From: an uncultured Acidobacteriota bacterium
GTDB taxonomy: Bacteria > Acidobacteriota > Thermoanaerobaculia > Multivoradales > UBA5704
Reading direction: 5' to 3'
Assembly (NCBI GenBank): GCA_963770895.1
Contig: CAVYRF010000002.1
Span: forward strand, 3,776,001-3,840,000
Length of the DNA stretch: 64,000 nucleotides
Position 1 is the stretch's first letter. Every line of letters starts with the position of its first letter. This document shows, piece after piece, positions 34,899 through 45,476 of this stretch. The position numbers and the translations under genes were made by a program. The notes beneath the pieces were generated by a model. The model was not told the DNA's origin, searched no databases, and worked only from the letters and a program-made list of their open reading frames with translations.

Positions 34899-37641
34899 GA
34901 GCGTCGCACCCGGAGAGGCGCAGTCCACCGGGGACTTGGTGGTGACGGTGCCGTGGCGCCTGGCGGTGGATACCGGCGGCACCTTCACCGACTGCCTGGC
35001 CATCGATCCTGCCGGGCAGGTGCGGCGGGCCAAGGTCCTGTCCTCGGCCGCCCTGCGGGCACGCATCGCGGCGCGCCTGGATGCCGTCACCGTGGTCCTG
35101 GCGCCCTCCGGCGTCGCCTGGCAGCTGCCGGACGGGTTCTTCGACGGGTGTGAGCTGCGCCTGCTGGCGGGTGCCGGTGGCGACGACGTTCCCGGCGGGG
35201 GGGATGGCCCGGAGGGTGGCGACGCGGCGCCGGTGCGGGTGGTGGAGAGCCGCTCGGGAGGTGCCGGCGGTGCCCACGATGCCGGCGGCGGCCGCGGTGG
35301 TGCGGTGGTGCGGGTGGACCGGCCGCTGCCGCCGGGCGACCTGACCGGCGCCGCGGTCGAGCTGCGCGCGGCGGAAGAGGCGCCGGTACTGGCCGCCCGG
35401 CTGGTCACCGGGACGCCGCCGGGCAGGCCGCTGCCGCCGCTGTCGCTGCGGCTGGCCACCACCCGCGGCACCAACGCCCTGCTGGAGCGCAAGGGGGCGC
35501 CGGTGGCGCTCTTCATCACCCGCGGCTTTGCCGACCTGTTGCGCATTGGCACCCAGCAGCGCCCGGACCTGTTCGCGCTGGCGATCGAGCGGCCGCGGCC
35601 GCTGTACGCGGCGGTGGTGGAGGTGGACGAGCGGCTCGATGCCGGCGGCGCCGTCTTGCGGCCGCTCGACCTGGCGGCGCTGGGCGCGCCGGCGGAACGG
35701 CTGGTGGCGTCCGGCGTGCGCTGCGCCGCGGTGGCGCTGCTCCACAGCTACCGCAACCCGCGCCACGAGCAGCAGCTGGGCGCCTTTCTGCGCGCCGCGG
35801 GCTTCACTCACGTGGCCATGTCGGCCGAGCTGGCGCCGCTCATCAAGCTGCTGCCGCGCGCCGAGACGGCGGTGGTGGACGCCTACCTGGCGCCGATCCT
35901 GGGCGCCTACCTGGCGATGGTGACGGCGGCGGTGCCGGACGGGGCGCTGCACGTCATGACCAGCGCCGGAGGCCTGGTGCGGGCGGCCGACTTCCGCGCC
36001 AAGGACAGCCTGCTGTCGGGGCCGGCGGGAGGCGTCGTCGGGGCGGCGCGCGCCGGGCGGCTGTCGGGGCGCGAGCGCATCATCGCGTTCGACATGGGCG
36101 GCACCAGCACCGACGTGGCGCGCTGCGACGGCGACTTCGAGTACCTGTTCGAGCATCGCGTGGGCGACGCCCACCTGGTGGCGCCGGCGCTCGCCATCGA
36201 AAGCGTCGCCGCCGGCGGCGGCTCGATCTGCACCTGGGCCGACGGCCGCCTGCAGGTGGGACCGCAAAGCGCCGGCGCCCGGCCGGGCCCGGCCTGCTAC
36301 GGCGCCGGCGGGCCCCTGACCATCACCGACGTCAACCTGCTGCTGGGGCGCCTGGCGCCCGGCCGCTTCGAGATCCCGCTCGATCCGGCCGCCGCCCGGC
36401 GGGCGGCCGCGGCGTTGCTGGCGGCGCTCGGCGACCCGGCGGATGGGGGGGCCGGCGGCACGCAGGCCGTCAGCGGCGCCGGCGAGGTGGCGGTCGGCAG
36501 TGCCCAGGATGGGGATGATGAGGCGATGGGCACTCTTCGGCTGGACGGCAACGCCGACGACCAAGCCGGTGCCATCGCCGGCAGGGGAACGACCGGCGCG
36601 GCGCCCGCTGGCGGTGACCTCGCAGGCGGCGAACCCATACTGGAGGGGCTGCTGGCGATTGCCAACGAGCGGATGGCCGAGGCGATCCGCGGCATCTCCC
36701 TGCGGCGCGGTTACGACCCGGCGGAGTATGCGCTGGTGGCCTTCGGCGGCGCCGGCGCGCAGCATGCGTGTGCGGTGGCGGCTCTGCTGGGGATGGACAC
36801 AGTGCTGGTGCCCGCCGATGCCGGCCTGCTTTCGGCGCTGGGTCTGGGCGGCGCGGTCATCGAGCGCTTCGCCCAGCGCCAGGTGCTGGCACCGCTCGCC
36901 GCCGCGGCCGCGCACCTGGATGCCTGGTGCGACGAGCTGGGCCGCCAGGCGGTGGCGGCGGTGGCGGCCGAAGGCATACCCGCCGACCAGGTCGCCGTCC
37001 GCCGGCGCATGGTCGCGCTGCGCTTTGCCGGCCAGGAAGCGACGCTTCCCGTCGACTACGCCGGCGCCGACAGCCTGGCCGCGGCCTTTGCCGCCGCCTA
37101 CACCGCGGTCTATGGCTACCAGCCCGAGGGCCGCGACATCGAGATCGAATCGTTGCGGGTGGTCGCCTCGTCGACCGGCCCGGCCGCGGTGGTTGCCGCC
37201 GCTGTCGCCGGCCGCGTCTTTGCGCCAGCAGGCGATCCGAGAGGCGGACCTCCTGGCGCTGCTTCCGCGGCTGGCTCGGAAGCGGCTGCCGACGCCGCCG
37301 ATCCTGCGCCTGGCGTGGACGCTGGGCTAGCCGCCAGTGCCGTCGCCATCTCCCGAGGTGGCGGCGAGAAAGCTGCTGCCGCGATCCTTGGTGGTGGCGA
37401 CGCCGCGGCGAGGGGCCTTGGCGTGGGTGCGGTCGCGACGGCCGGCCGGGCTTACTTTGACGGCGTGTGGCGGCAGGTCCCGGTGTACGAGCGCGCCGGC
37501 CTTGCGGTGGGCGCGCCGATCGCCGGACCGGCGCTGGTGCTCGAAGACCATACCGCGACCGTGGTCGAGGCCGGCTGGTGCTGTCACCTGGACGGTGCCG
37601 GCGCGCTGGTGATCCGGCGGTTGGCGCGGGTAGCCTCATGA
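34888..37641 (+). CDS. Hydantoinase A/5-oxoprolinase N-terminal subunit (start may be ~34948)
   Basis: [36 protein letters not shown]. Confidence 0.92.
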   Translation: MANKSVAPGEAQSTGDLVVTVPWRLAVDTGGTFTDCLAIDPAGQVRRAKVLSSAALRARIAARLDAVTVVLAPSGVAWQLPDGFFDGCELRLLAGAGGDDVPGGGDGPEGGDAAPVRVVESRSGGAGGAHDAGGGRGGAVVRVDRPLPPGDLTGAAVELRAAEEAPVLAARLVTGTPPGRPLPPLSLRLATTRGTNALLERKGAPVALFITRGFADLLRIGTQQRPDLFALAIERPRPLYAAVVEVDERLDAGGAVLRPLDLAALGAPAERLVASGVRCAAVALLHSYRNPRHEQQLGAFLRAAGFTHVAMSAELAPLIKLLPRAETAVVDAYLAPILGAYLAMVTAAVPDGALHVMTSAGGLVRAADFRAKDSLLSGPAGGVVGAARAGRLSGRERIIAFDMGGTSTDVARCDGDFEYLFEHRVGDAHLVAPALAIESVAAGGGSICTWADGRLQVGPQSAGARPGPACYGAGGPLTITDVNLLLGRLAPGRFEIPLDPAAARRAAAALLAALGDPADGGAGGTQAVSGAGEVAVGSAQDGDDEAMGTLRLDGNADDQAGAIAGRGTTGAAPAGGDLAGGEPILEGLLAIANERMAEAIRGISLRRGYDPAEYALVAFGGAGAQHACAVAALLGMDTVLVPADAGLLSALGLGGAVIERFAQRQVLAPLAAAAAHLDAWCDELGRQAVAAVAAEGIPADQVAVRRRMVALRFAGQEATLPVDYAGADSLAAAFAAAYTAVYGYQPEGRDIEIESLRVVASSTGPAAVVAAAVAGRVFAPAGDPRGGPPGAASAAGSEAAADAADPAPGVDAGLAASAVAISRGGGEKAAAAILGGGDAAARGLGVGAVATAGRAYFDGVWRQVPVYERAGLAVGAPIAGPALVLEDHTATVVEAGWCCHLDGAGALVIRRLARVAS

Positions 37642-37654
37642 TGAGGATCGGTCG

Positions 37655-38350
37655 ATGACCTCCGGTCCGCAGGTAGGTGGCGGCTCGGCGCCGGTGAGGT
37701 CCAGCGGGCGCGACGCGGACCAGGAGGCAAGGGTCGAACGGCGGTTGCGCCGGCTGGGCTCGATCTGTGCGATACCGGCCGCGGCGGCGCTGGTTGCCGC
37801 GGGCGCGATGGCCTGGGTGCTGGCGCGCGACGTGGCGGCGACCTCCGGGGCGTCGCCGCCGGCTGCGTCCTTCCTGCTCGCCTTTGGCGCGATGCTGTTG
37901 ATCCTGCTGTCGCGCCCGCTGCGTGCGAACATCTTGCGACGCGCGGACGAGCGCGAGCTGGATGCCGACGCCGACGATGGCGACGGGGCCGGCGACCTGG
38001 CCGGCGCAGTGGAGCGCGGTGATGGCGCAGGGCTGGTGGCGCCCGCAGCGACCCCGGCCCAGACGGAGATGGAGGCGATTCTGGCTGGCGCGGCGCCGCG
38101 GCTCGATGCCGGGCAGCAGTGGGACGATGCGGCCAGCCGGAGGCTGGACGCGTTTACCTGGGCGACGTTGGCCGGCTTCGCGATGTTGGGGGCGGCGACG
38201 GCCATCGGCATCTGGGTGGCGGTGGCCGGCAGTGCGGTGTTCTATGGCTTGGTGATCTGCGTGGCCGGCCTGCTGGCGATGGCGGCGACGTGGCCGCGCC
38301 GCAGCGACCTGCCGGCGCAGGCCGATGGGCGGCGGGAGGATGGGACGTGA
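37655..38350 (+). CDS. Four-TM hypothetical membrane protein
   Basis: Four hydrophobic segments; C-terminal LVIC..WPRR shared with the next gene. Confidence 0.6.
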   Translation: MTSGPQVGGGSAPVRSSGRDADQEARVERRLRRLGSICAIPAAAALVAAGAMAWVLARDVAATSGASPPAASFLLAFGAMLLILLSRPLRANILRRADERELDADADDGDGAGDLAGAVERGDGAGLVAPAATPAQTEMEAILAGAAPRLDAGQQWDDAASRRLDAFTWATLAGFAMLGAATAIGIWVAVAGSAVFYGLVICVAGLLAMAATWPRRSDLPAQADGRREDGT

Positions 38351-38390
38351 GGTCGGCGCCTGGGCAACGGCGCGGATTGCGAGGCTGAAC

Positions 38391-38951
38391 ATGGGACCTG
38401 ACACCAGGACACAGCCGCGGGTGGTGGCGTTTCCGGGGGCGCCCGCGGCGCCTTCCCTGCTGGGCAGCGAACGCCGGGCGGCGCTCGTGGCGCAACGGTC
38501 GCCGGCGCTCCAGGTGATCTGCGGCGCCGTGCTGGGGATCGCCGGGTTGATGGCCGCGGCGAGCGTCGTGGTGGTGCGCGTCATGACGATGCCGCCCGCC
38601 ACTTCGACTCGCCAGGCGCTGGCTCTGGCAGGTGGGGCGGCGCTGCTGATCGTCGTCGCGTCCCGGCTGCAGGCGCGCATTCTGGGCAATGCCGGGCGGG
38701 GCGTGCCGGCGCCGCCGACCAAGGAGGCGGCAGAGGCGCTTGCCGCCGCGATTCTCGATGGCTATGCGCGCGGCACCGTTGTGGGCTTCTCGCTGCTTGC
38801 CGCCGCCGCGTGCCTGGGCCTGGTGATCGCCGTGGTGACCGGCAGCGTCCGCTATGCGCTGGTGATCTGCCTGGCGGCGGCGCTCGGCATGGTCGCGCGC
38901 TGGCCGCGCCGGGCGGCGATCGAAGCGTTGCTGCGGCGGCGAGGGCTGTGA
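38391..38951 (+). CDS. Four-TM hypothetical membrane protein, paralogue of the preceding gene
   Basis: [20 protein letters not shown]; TGATG coupling to the hydantoinase B gene. Confidence 0.6.
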   Translation: MGPDTRTQPRVVAFPGAPAAPSLLGSERRAALVAQRSPALQVICGAVLGIAGLMAAASVVVVRVMTMPPATSTRQALALAGGAALLIVVASRLQARILGNAGRGVPAPPTKEAAEALAAAILDGYARGTVVGFSLLAAAACLGLVIAVVTGSVRYALVICLAAALGMVARWPRRAAIEALLRRRGL

Positions 38952-40633
38952 TGGACCAGGCGCGGCGGGACACGGCGGGCGGCGCCGGCGTCGGCGGCCC
39001 GGCGGCGGTGCAGCTGGAGCTCTTCACGCACCGCTTCGCGGCGATCGCACGGCAGATGGGGGAGCGGTTGCAGCGTACCGCGGTGTCGACCAACGTCAAG
39101 GAGCGGCTCGATTTTTCGTGCGCGCTGCTGGATGCCGGCGGCGAGCTGGTGGTCAACGCGCCGCACATCCCGGTGCACCTGGGGGCTTTGGGCCTTTGCG
39201 TGCGGCTGACCGCGGCGGCGCTGACCCTGGAGCCGGGCGACGTGGTGGTGACCAATCACCCGGCCTTCGGCGGTTCGCACCTGCCGGATGTCACGGTGGT
39301 GACGCCGGTGTTCGGTGGCACGCGGCTGCTCGGCTACGTCGCTTCGCGCGCCCATCACGCGGAGATCGGCGGCATGCGCCCCGGCTCGATGCCGCCGCGC
39401 GCGCGGTGCCTGGCCGAAGAGGGGGTGGTCATCCCGCCGACCCTGCTGGCGCGGCGCGGCGAAACGCGATGGCCGGAGCTGCGGCGGTTGCTCAGCTCGG
39501 GGCCCTACCCGTCGCGCGCGGTCGAGGAGAACCTGGCCGACCTGCGCGCCGCGGTGGCGGCCAACCATCGCGGCGCCGAAGCGCTGCTGGCGCTGGTCCG
39601 GGACAGCGGCAGGCAGTCGCTGGCCGCCAGCGCGCAGGGCGGCGCCGCGGCGCGCGGTGACCAGGATGAGGCGGCGGCCGCGGCGGGCGCGCGGATCGTG
39701 GCGTTCCATATGGAGGCGCTCAAACGGCGCGCCGAAGAGCGCGTGCGCGCCGCCCTGGCGCGGCTGGCGGCGTCGCGCGGCGAGCGCCTGGCGGCGACGG
39801 AGAAGCTGGACGACGGTTCGCCGATCGCGGTGAGCATCGAGCTGGCCGGCGGTGGCGCCACCATCGACTTTGCGGGCTCGGCGGGGGTGCATCCGGGCAA
39901 CCTGAACGCGCCGCCGGCGGTGGTGCGCAGCGCCGTGCTGTACGTGCTGCGCCTGCTGCTCGGCGAGCCGCTGCCGCTCAACGAAGGCCTGCTGCGGCCG
40001 ATCCAGATCCGGGTGCCGCCCGGCATGCTGGCGCCGCCGTTCCCGGAAGACCCCTGGCAGGCGCCGGCGGTGGTGGGAGGCAACGTGGAGACCAGCCAGC
40101 GCTTGGTGGACACGCTGCTGAAGGCGTTGGGGCTGGCGGCCTGCAGCCAGGGCACGATGAACAACGTGCTCTTCGGCAATGAGCGGTTCGGTTTCTACGA
40201 AACCCTGTGCGGCGGCGCCGGCGCCGGACCCGGCTGGGCGGGCGCCAGCGCCGTGCACACCCACATGACCAACACCCGGATCACCGATCCCGAGGTGCTG
40301 GAGCACCGGTATCCCGTGCGCCTCGACCGCTTCGCCGTGCGCGCCGGCTCCGGCGGCGCCGGCCGCCATCGGGGCGGTGACGGCGTGGTGCGGGAGCTGA
40401 CCTTCCTGGAGCCGATGTCGCTTTCCGTGCTCACCCAGCATCGCGTGGAAGCGCCCTACGGCGTCGCCGGCGGCGAACCGGGAGAGCGCGGCCGGCAGCG
40501 CCTGGTCCGCGCCGGAGGCGAAGTGCTCGACCTGCCGTCCATCGCCGGCTGCGAGGTCGAGCCCGGCGATCGTCTCATCCTGGAGACTCCCGGCGGCGGC
40601 GGTTGGGGGCCGGCGGCAGAACCCTGCCCATAG
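38951..40633 (+). CDS. Hydantoinase B/5-oxoprolinase C-terminal subunit
   Basis: [47 protein letters not shown]. Confidence 0.93.
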   Translation: MDQARRDTAGGAGVGGPAAVQLELFTHRFAAIARQMGERLQRTAVSTNVKERLDFSCALLDAGGELVVNAPHIPVHLGALGLCVRLTAAALTLEPGDVVVTNHPAFGGSHLPDVTVVTPVFGGTRLLGYVASRAHHAEIGGMRPGSMPPRARCLAEEGVVIPPTLLARRGETRWPELRRLLSSGPYPSRAVEENLADLRAAVAANHRGAEALLALVRDSGRQSLAASAQGGAAARGDQDEAAAAAGARIVAFHMEALKRRAEERVRAALARLAASRGERLAATEKLDDGSPIAVSIELAGGGATIDFAGSAGVHPGNLNAPPAVVRSAVLYVLRLLLGEPLPLNEGLLRPIQIRVPPGMLAPPFPEDPWQAPAVVGGNVETSQRLVDTLLKALGLAACSQGTMNNVLFGNERFGFYETLCGGAGAGPGWAGASAVHTHMTNTRITDPEVLEHRYPVRLDRFAVRAGSGGAGRHRGGDGVVRELTFLEPMSLSVLTQHRVEAPYGVAGGEPGERGRQRLVRAGGEVLDLPSIAGCEVEPGDRLILETPGGGGWGPAAEPCP

Positions 40634-40768
40634 ACCGATTCCGACACGGCATAGCGGCGGGACCGCCGGACTTCAGGCTGGCGGATCGGACCGCAATTCC
40701 AAGTTGGGCCAGAACGGTGGCACGGGCCTGGCGCGAGCGGCGCGGCCCGCAGTGCCGCGGCGTCGCGG

Positions 40769-41326
40769 TCAGGTGAAGATATCGGCCAGGTCCAGGGAGA
40801 GGCCGGGGAAGAGCGGGCTGGTGAGAGTGGCGAACCTGGCGCGCCCGTCGTGCAGCGTCGCCCGCCATGGGCGGCGCCCGGTGCGCACCACCGAGACGGT
40901 GCGGGCCGCCGGATCGACCAGCCAGTATTCGCCGACTCCGAAGCGCCGGTAGGCGCGCCGCTTCGCCCCGCCGTCCAGCGTCCGCGACGAGGGCGATAGC
41001 ACTTCCACGACCAGGTCGGGCGCACCGCGAACCCACTTTTCTTCCAGGATGGAAAGCCGGTCCTTGCGCACGAAGAGGAGGTCAGGTTCGACCACGTCGT
41101 ATTCGGAGAGCAGGACGTCCACCGGCGCGAAGAACACTTCGCCCAGGTCGTGGTCGCGGACGAAAACGTGCAGTGCCGTGAACAGATTGCGCAACACCAT
41201 CTGGTGAAGGATGGTCGGGGCGGGGCTCACGAAGTGCCGACCGCCAATGAGTTCGTGGCGCATCCCGTCGTCGGGGAGCGCCGCCAGATCGGTATAGGTG
41301 AGCCTGCTGATCGGCGAGTGAACCAT
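40769..41326 (-). CDS. Uma2/DUF820 restriction-endonuclease-fold protein
   Basis: HELIGG..SPAP..HQ, EPDL, PDLVVEVLSPS, EYWLVDP. Confidence 0.92.
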   Translation of the reverse strand: MVHSPISRLTYTDLAALPDDGMRHELIGGRHFVSPAPTILHQMVLRNLFTALHVFVRDHDLGEVFFAPVDVLLSEYDVVEPDLLFVRKDRLSILEEKWVRGAPDLVVEVLSPSSRTLDGGAKRRAYRRFGVGEYWLVDPAARTVSVVRTGRRPWRATLHDGRARFATLTSPLFPGLSLDLADIFT

Positions 41327-41532
41327 GGCTCACTTAGTATAGACGGAAAAGCATGGGGCTATCGGCAATCTCGACGCGGATGAGGATCACAAGGAGCCAG
41401 GTCTACGATGCGCCGCAAAGCCGTCCTTGATGGTGGGGAGGGGGCGCGCTATCCTCCCACTTTCGCCGCACGGATGCTGGCCGGGGCGCGCCGCCGCCCG
41501 CGGCATGGTGGCGTGTGCAAGGGAGAGCGCGC

Positions 41533-42297
41533 ATGGACTTGCAATACCTCGACCCGACGATCCCCCGCCACCTCGACGGCTGGCACAGTTCGATCCTTGG
41601 CCAGGGCATGCCGATCGTGTCGTACGGCCATTGGGGGCACCCCCTGCTGCTGTTCCCGACCGCCGCGGCCGACTACCTGGAAAATGAGCGCTTCTTTCTG
41701 ATCCAGGCCATCGAGGGGGCGATCCGCGACGGCAAGGTGCGCGTCTTCTCGATCAACAGCATCAACAGCCAGGCCTGGATGGACCGCAACCTGCCGGTGG
41801 CGGAGCAGGCGCGCCGTCAGGCGCTGTATGCGCGCTACATCGAGGACGAAGTGGTGCCCTACATCCGCAACGCCTGCCAGACGCCGGACATCCGCATCGC
41901 CGCCTCGGGCGCCAGCTTCGGCGCCTTCCATGCCGCCAACACCGTGTTCCGGCGGCCGGAAGTGTTCGACGGGCTGATCGCGATGAGCGGCTTCTACGAC
42001 CTGGGGCCGGACTATCTGCACGGCTACAGCGACGACAACGCCTACTTCAACAATCCGGCCTGGTACCTGCCGCAGCTGGAGGGCGAGCGCCTGCAGCTGC
42101 TGCGCACCGCGTGCAAGATCCTGGTGCTGACCGGCCAGGGCGATTACGAAGCGCCGGATGCCTCGCGCCGCCTGTCCGAGATCCTGCACCGCAAGGGCAT
42201 CCCCCACCAGCTCGACATGTGGGGCCACGACATGCCCCACGACTGGCCCACCTGGCGCAAGATGCTGCCCTACGCCGTGGGCCTGATGGGCTGGTAG
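41533..42297 (+). CDS. Putative esterase (alpha/beta hydrolase)
   Basis: YGHWG.P, GASFG nucleophile elbow, HDWPTW. Confidence 0.85.
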   Translation: MDLQYLDPTIPRHLDGWHSSILGQGMPIVSYGHWGHPLLLFPTAAADYLENERFFLIQAIEGAIRDGKVRVFSINSINSQAWMDRNLPVAEQARRQALYARYIEDEVVPYIRNACQTPDIRIAASGASFGAFHAANTVFRRPEVFDGLIAMSGFYDLGPDYLHGYSDDNAYFNNPAWYLPQLEGERLQLLRTACKILVLTGQGDYEAPDASRRLSEILHRKGIPHQLDMWGHDMPHDWPTWRKMLPYAVGLMGW

Positions 42298-42328
42298 CGG
42301 GGGGCGCGCGCCGGCCGTAGCCGGGACT

Positions 42329-42404
42329 GCCGGGGCTGCCGCCCGTCCCGGCACTCCCGGAAGATCGCACCCGCCGCACCCGGCGTTGAGGGCAAGCCAG
42401 GCAC
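42329..42404 (+). repeat. ~75-bp dispersed direct repeat, also at 44613-44687
   Basis: GCCGGGGCTG..GTCCCGGCACT..GAGGGCAAGCCAGGC aligns with one gap and about ten mismatches. Confidence 0.8.
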
Positions 42405-43306
42405 TACGGATTTTGCTGTTCGGCCGCCGCGGCGATGGCGGCCACCAGCTGGTCGGTTGCGGGGCGCGCCGCCTCGACGGCGGGCACGACGCCGTGACGG
42501 CGCAGTTCGGCGCTGGTCACCGGCCCGATGGACGCGGCGCGGAGCTCGCCGCGCCGGCGGGACCAATCGTCGCCGAAAAGGCCGGCAAAGTTGCGCACCG
42601 TGCTGGGGCTGGTAAACGTCACCCAGCCGATGGGGCTGGCGCCAAACAGGTGGATGGCACGGGCTGGGGCCTGGGGCGGCAGCCGCTTCTCATAGGCGGT
42701 CACGGCAACGGCCGCGATGCCGGCGGCAAGCAGCCCGTCGCGTAGCGTCGGCAGCGCGTCGGCGGCCTGCGGCAGCAGCACCCGCTGGCCGCAGTCGAAG
42801 CGGTTGAGCAGCGCCGCCAACAACCCGCTGGCATTCTGTTCGCCGCCCGGCGCCACCAGCGCCGGTTCGATGCCCGCGCCGCGCAGCGCCGCCGCGGTGG
42901 CGGCGCCGACCGCCGCCACCCGCCGCAGCCGCGGCGGTGATCCGGCCAGCGGCAGCAAGCTGTGCACCGCGTTGGTCGAGGCGAAGACCACCCAATCGAA
43001 CAGCTGCAGCTCGGCCGCGGCCCGCGCCAGCGGCGCCGGATCGACCGGCGGCATCACCACCAGCAGCGGCAGCAGCTCAACGGTGGCACCGGCGGCCGTC
43101 AGAGCCGCGCACAGCTGGCCCGCCTGCCGCTCCGCGCGCGTCACCACCACCCTCTCTCCCGCCAGGCCCGGCCCGGAGGACGTGGGTCTCGGCGCCGTTG
43201 CGGCCACCGGATTGGAGCCTGCGGCAGGCGGCGCTACGGGCTGTTCCTCTGCCGGCTGAGCCTGTTCCGCTGGCGTGTCGCGGGGGGGTGGCGTCTTGAT
43301 GGTCAT
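42404..43306 (-). CDS. hemD: Uroporphyrinogen-III synthase
   Basis: VVVTRA..QA, WVVFASTNAV, TFTSPSTV, SIGPVT; ATGA coupling to hemC. Confidence 0.9.
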   Translation of the reverse strand: MTIKTPPPRDTPAEQAQPAEEQPVAPPAAGSNPVAATAPRPTSSGPGLAGERVVVTRAERQAGQLCAALTAAGATVELLPLLVVMPPVDPAPLARAAAELQLFDWVVFASTNAVHSLLPLAGSPPRLRRVAAVGAATAAALRGAGIEPALVAPGGEQNASGLLAALLNRFDCGQRVLLPQAADALPTLRDGLLAAGIAAVAVTAYEKRLPPQAPARAIHLFGASPIGWVTFTSPSTVRNFAGLFGDDWSRRRGELRAASIGPVTSAELRRHGVVPAVEAARPATDQLVAAIAAAAEQQNP

Positions 43307-44415
43307 GGGGTGCCGCGCAGCTTTGCCAGGATGGCGGCGGCGCCGTCCTTGTGCAGGGCCGCGATGCAGGTTGCGGCGGCTTCGGCGGCGCTGCCACCCA
43401 GGCCTTCGCCGCGTGCGACGTGGCGGCCGTCGGGGGTGGCGAGCAGGGCAGTCAGGCGGAGGAGCGCGCCTGCTGGCGCGGCTTCGCCGTGGCCGTTGGC
43501 AGCATGGGCGATGCCGGCCGCCGGGTGGGCAAGATCGCTGCGGTTGCCGCCGTGGTGAACCTTGCCATCGGTGCTCCCGATGCCAGCGTCGCTGGGTTCC
43601 CAGCGTGCCCAGGCGGCCAGGGGGAGGGAGCAGTCGCCGCCGAAAGCGGCCACGACGCGCCGTTCGGCGTCGGCGGCGGCGGCGGTCGGCGGGTGATCGA
43701 GGGCGCGGCAGAGGGCTTCGGCGCGGCCGCCGCGCAGCACTTCGACGGCCAGGATCCCTTGCGCCGGCGCGGGCAGCATGGCGTCGGGCGTGAGCGGGTG
43801 GGCGGGAAGGGTGGGAGCGTCGCCCATGGCTTCCAGCCTGCCCAGGCGCGCCAGGCCGGCGGCGGCGAGCACCACCCCTGCGGCGCTGCGCTCGCGCCAG
43901 CGCCGCAGGCGGGTATCGACGTTGCCGCGCACGCCTTCGACGTGCAGGTCGGGGCGCCGCAGCAGGAGCTGCGCCTGGCGGCGCAACGATCCGGTGAGCA
44001 CCAGGGCGGCCGGCGGCAGGCCGTCCAGGTCGGTTGCGACCTCGCTCACCAGCATGTCGCGGGGATCGGCGCGCGGCGGACAGGCCGCCAGGATCAGCGC
44101 CTCCGGCAGCGCGCCGGGAAGATCCTTCAGGCTGTGCACGGCCAGATCCAGGGAGCCGTTCAGCAAGCCGGCTTCCAGCTCCTGGGTGAACAGCCCCTTG
44201 CCGCCCAGCGCGGCCAGGTCTCCGGGCAGGCGGTCGCCGCGGGTCACGATCTCGACCAGCTCCACCCGCAGGCCCGGATGGGCGGCGACCAGTGCAGCGG
44301 CGACCTGGCGCGACTGCGCCACGGCCAGCGGGCTGGCGCGGGTGCCCAGGCGCAATGGCGGCAGCTCGTGCAGGGGGCCAACGCCACCCGCGCCGGTCCC
44401 GGCGGCGCCGGTCAA
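43303..44415 (-). CDS. hemC: Hydroxymethylbilane synthase
   Basis: LGTRASPLA, GKGLFTQE, VHSLKD, RGNVDTRL, GGDCSLP; AGGAGA before TTG. Confidence 0.95.
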   Translation of the reverse strand: MTGAAGTGAGGVGPLHELPPLRLGTRASPLAVAQSRQVAAALVAAHPGLRVELVEIVTRGDRLPGDLAALGGKGLFTQELEAGLLNGSLDLAVHSLKDLPGALPEALILAACPPRADPRDMLVSEVATDLDGLPPAALVLTGSLRRQAQLLLRRPDLHVEGVRGNVDTRLRRWRERSAAGVVLAAAGLARLGRLEAMGDAPTLPAHPLTPDAMLPAPAQGILAVEVLRGGRAEALCRALDHPPTAAAADAERRVVAAFGGDCSLPLAAWARWEPSDAGIGSTDGKVHHGGNRSDLAHPAAGIAHAANGHGEAAPAGALLRLTALLATPDGRHVARGEGLGGSAAEAAATCIAALHKDGAAAILAKLRGTP

Positions 44416-44508
44416 GCAGCGTCTCCTGTCATGCTGATAGCCTAGTGCATCCGCGGGTGGAAGGCGCTGGCGCGGAACCAGGCCAGCTGCTCGGGAGCGC
44501 GGGAGGCA

Positions 44509-44687
44509 CTGGTGGCCTGTCCTGGAGAAATCGAAAGCGGATGGCGCCGCCATTCGGCGGCGCGGGCCAGGCGCGCCGACGCAGGCATAGCAGAGACTAT
44601 GTCGAGGAGGCGGCCGGGGCTGTCGCCTGTCCCGGCACTTCCGGCAGGTCGCAACGCCGCCCCCGCCGTCGAGGGCAAGCCAGGCGC
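44509..44687 (+). repeat. Composite dispersed repeat (contains matches to 1817-1889 and 42329-42404)
   Basis: Direct alignments described for the other two copies. Confidence 0.75.
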
Positions 44688-44942
44688 TTTCGATTCGAAC
44701 AGGACAGGCCACTACGGTTCGACGGGTTCCGCGAAGCAAGGGCGGCACGATGGGCAAGGTCGGTTGTGGGAAACAGAATCTGACGAATGGCACAGGCATG
44801 AGGCTAGCCGTAGCCGCGGGACGATGGTGGTGGGAAGGGTCGTGGGTGGTTGTGCAGGGTTGGCGGGCGCGGCGATTGCATTCGGCTGAATTGCATAGGA
44901 CGCTTGATTTTTCACACGCAACGGCACTGCCGGGGAGAAGCG

Positions 44943-45476
44943 ATGTACACGACGAAGAACGATTTGCCGGAAGGGAAGCGTGCCAAGGTGGTGGCGCTGC
45001 TCAATGAGCGTCTGGCGGACGCAATCGATCTGCAGACGCAGATGAAGCAGGCCCATTGGAACGTCAAGGGCCACACGTTCATCTCGCTGCACCTGCTGTT
45101 CGATCAGATCAACGAAGACGTCGAGGATTACGTGGACCTGATCGCCGAGCGGGCCGTGCAGCTGGGCGGCATCGCCAACGGCACGGCGCGCGAGGTGGCA
45201 AAGGCGTCGTCGCTGCCGGAATATCCTCACCAGATCGCCGACGGCCCCGAACATGTCGAGGCGGTTTCCAGCGCGCTGGCGGCGTTTGGCAAGGGGGTGC
45301 GGGCGGCGATCGACAAGTGCAACGATCTGGGCGACGCGGACGCGGCCGACATCTTCACCGAAGTGTCGCGCGGCACCGACAAGTGGCTGTGGTTCGTCGA
45401 GGCCCACCAGCAGGGCGCGTCGACGCGCTCCGCCGCCGCGCCGACGGGCCCGCGGCGGGCTCAGCGCTCGCGCTGA
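44943..45476 (+). CDS. dps: DNA starvation/stationary phase protection protein Dps
   Basis: KQAHWNVKG..LHLLFD..DLIAER ferroxidase motif; DKWLWFVEAH. Confidence 0.95.
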   Translation: MYTTKNDLPEGKRAKVVALLNERLADAIDLQTQMKQAHWNVKGHTFISLHLLFDQINEDVEDYVDLIAERAVQLGGIANGTAREVAKASSLPEYPHQIADGPEHVEAVSSALAAFGKGVRAAIDKCNDLGDADAADIFTEVSRGTDKWLWFVEAHQQGASTRSAAAPTGPRRAQRSR

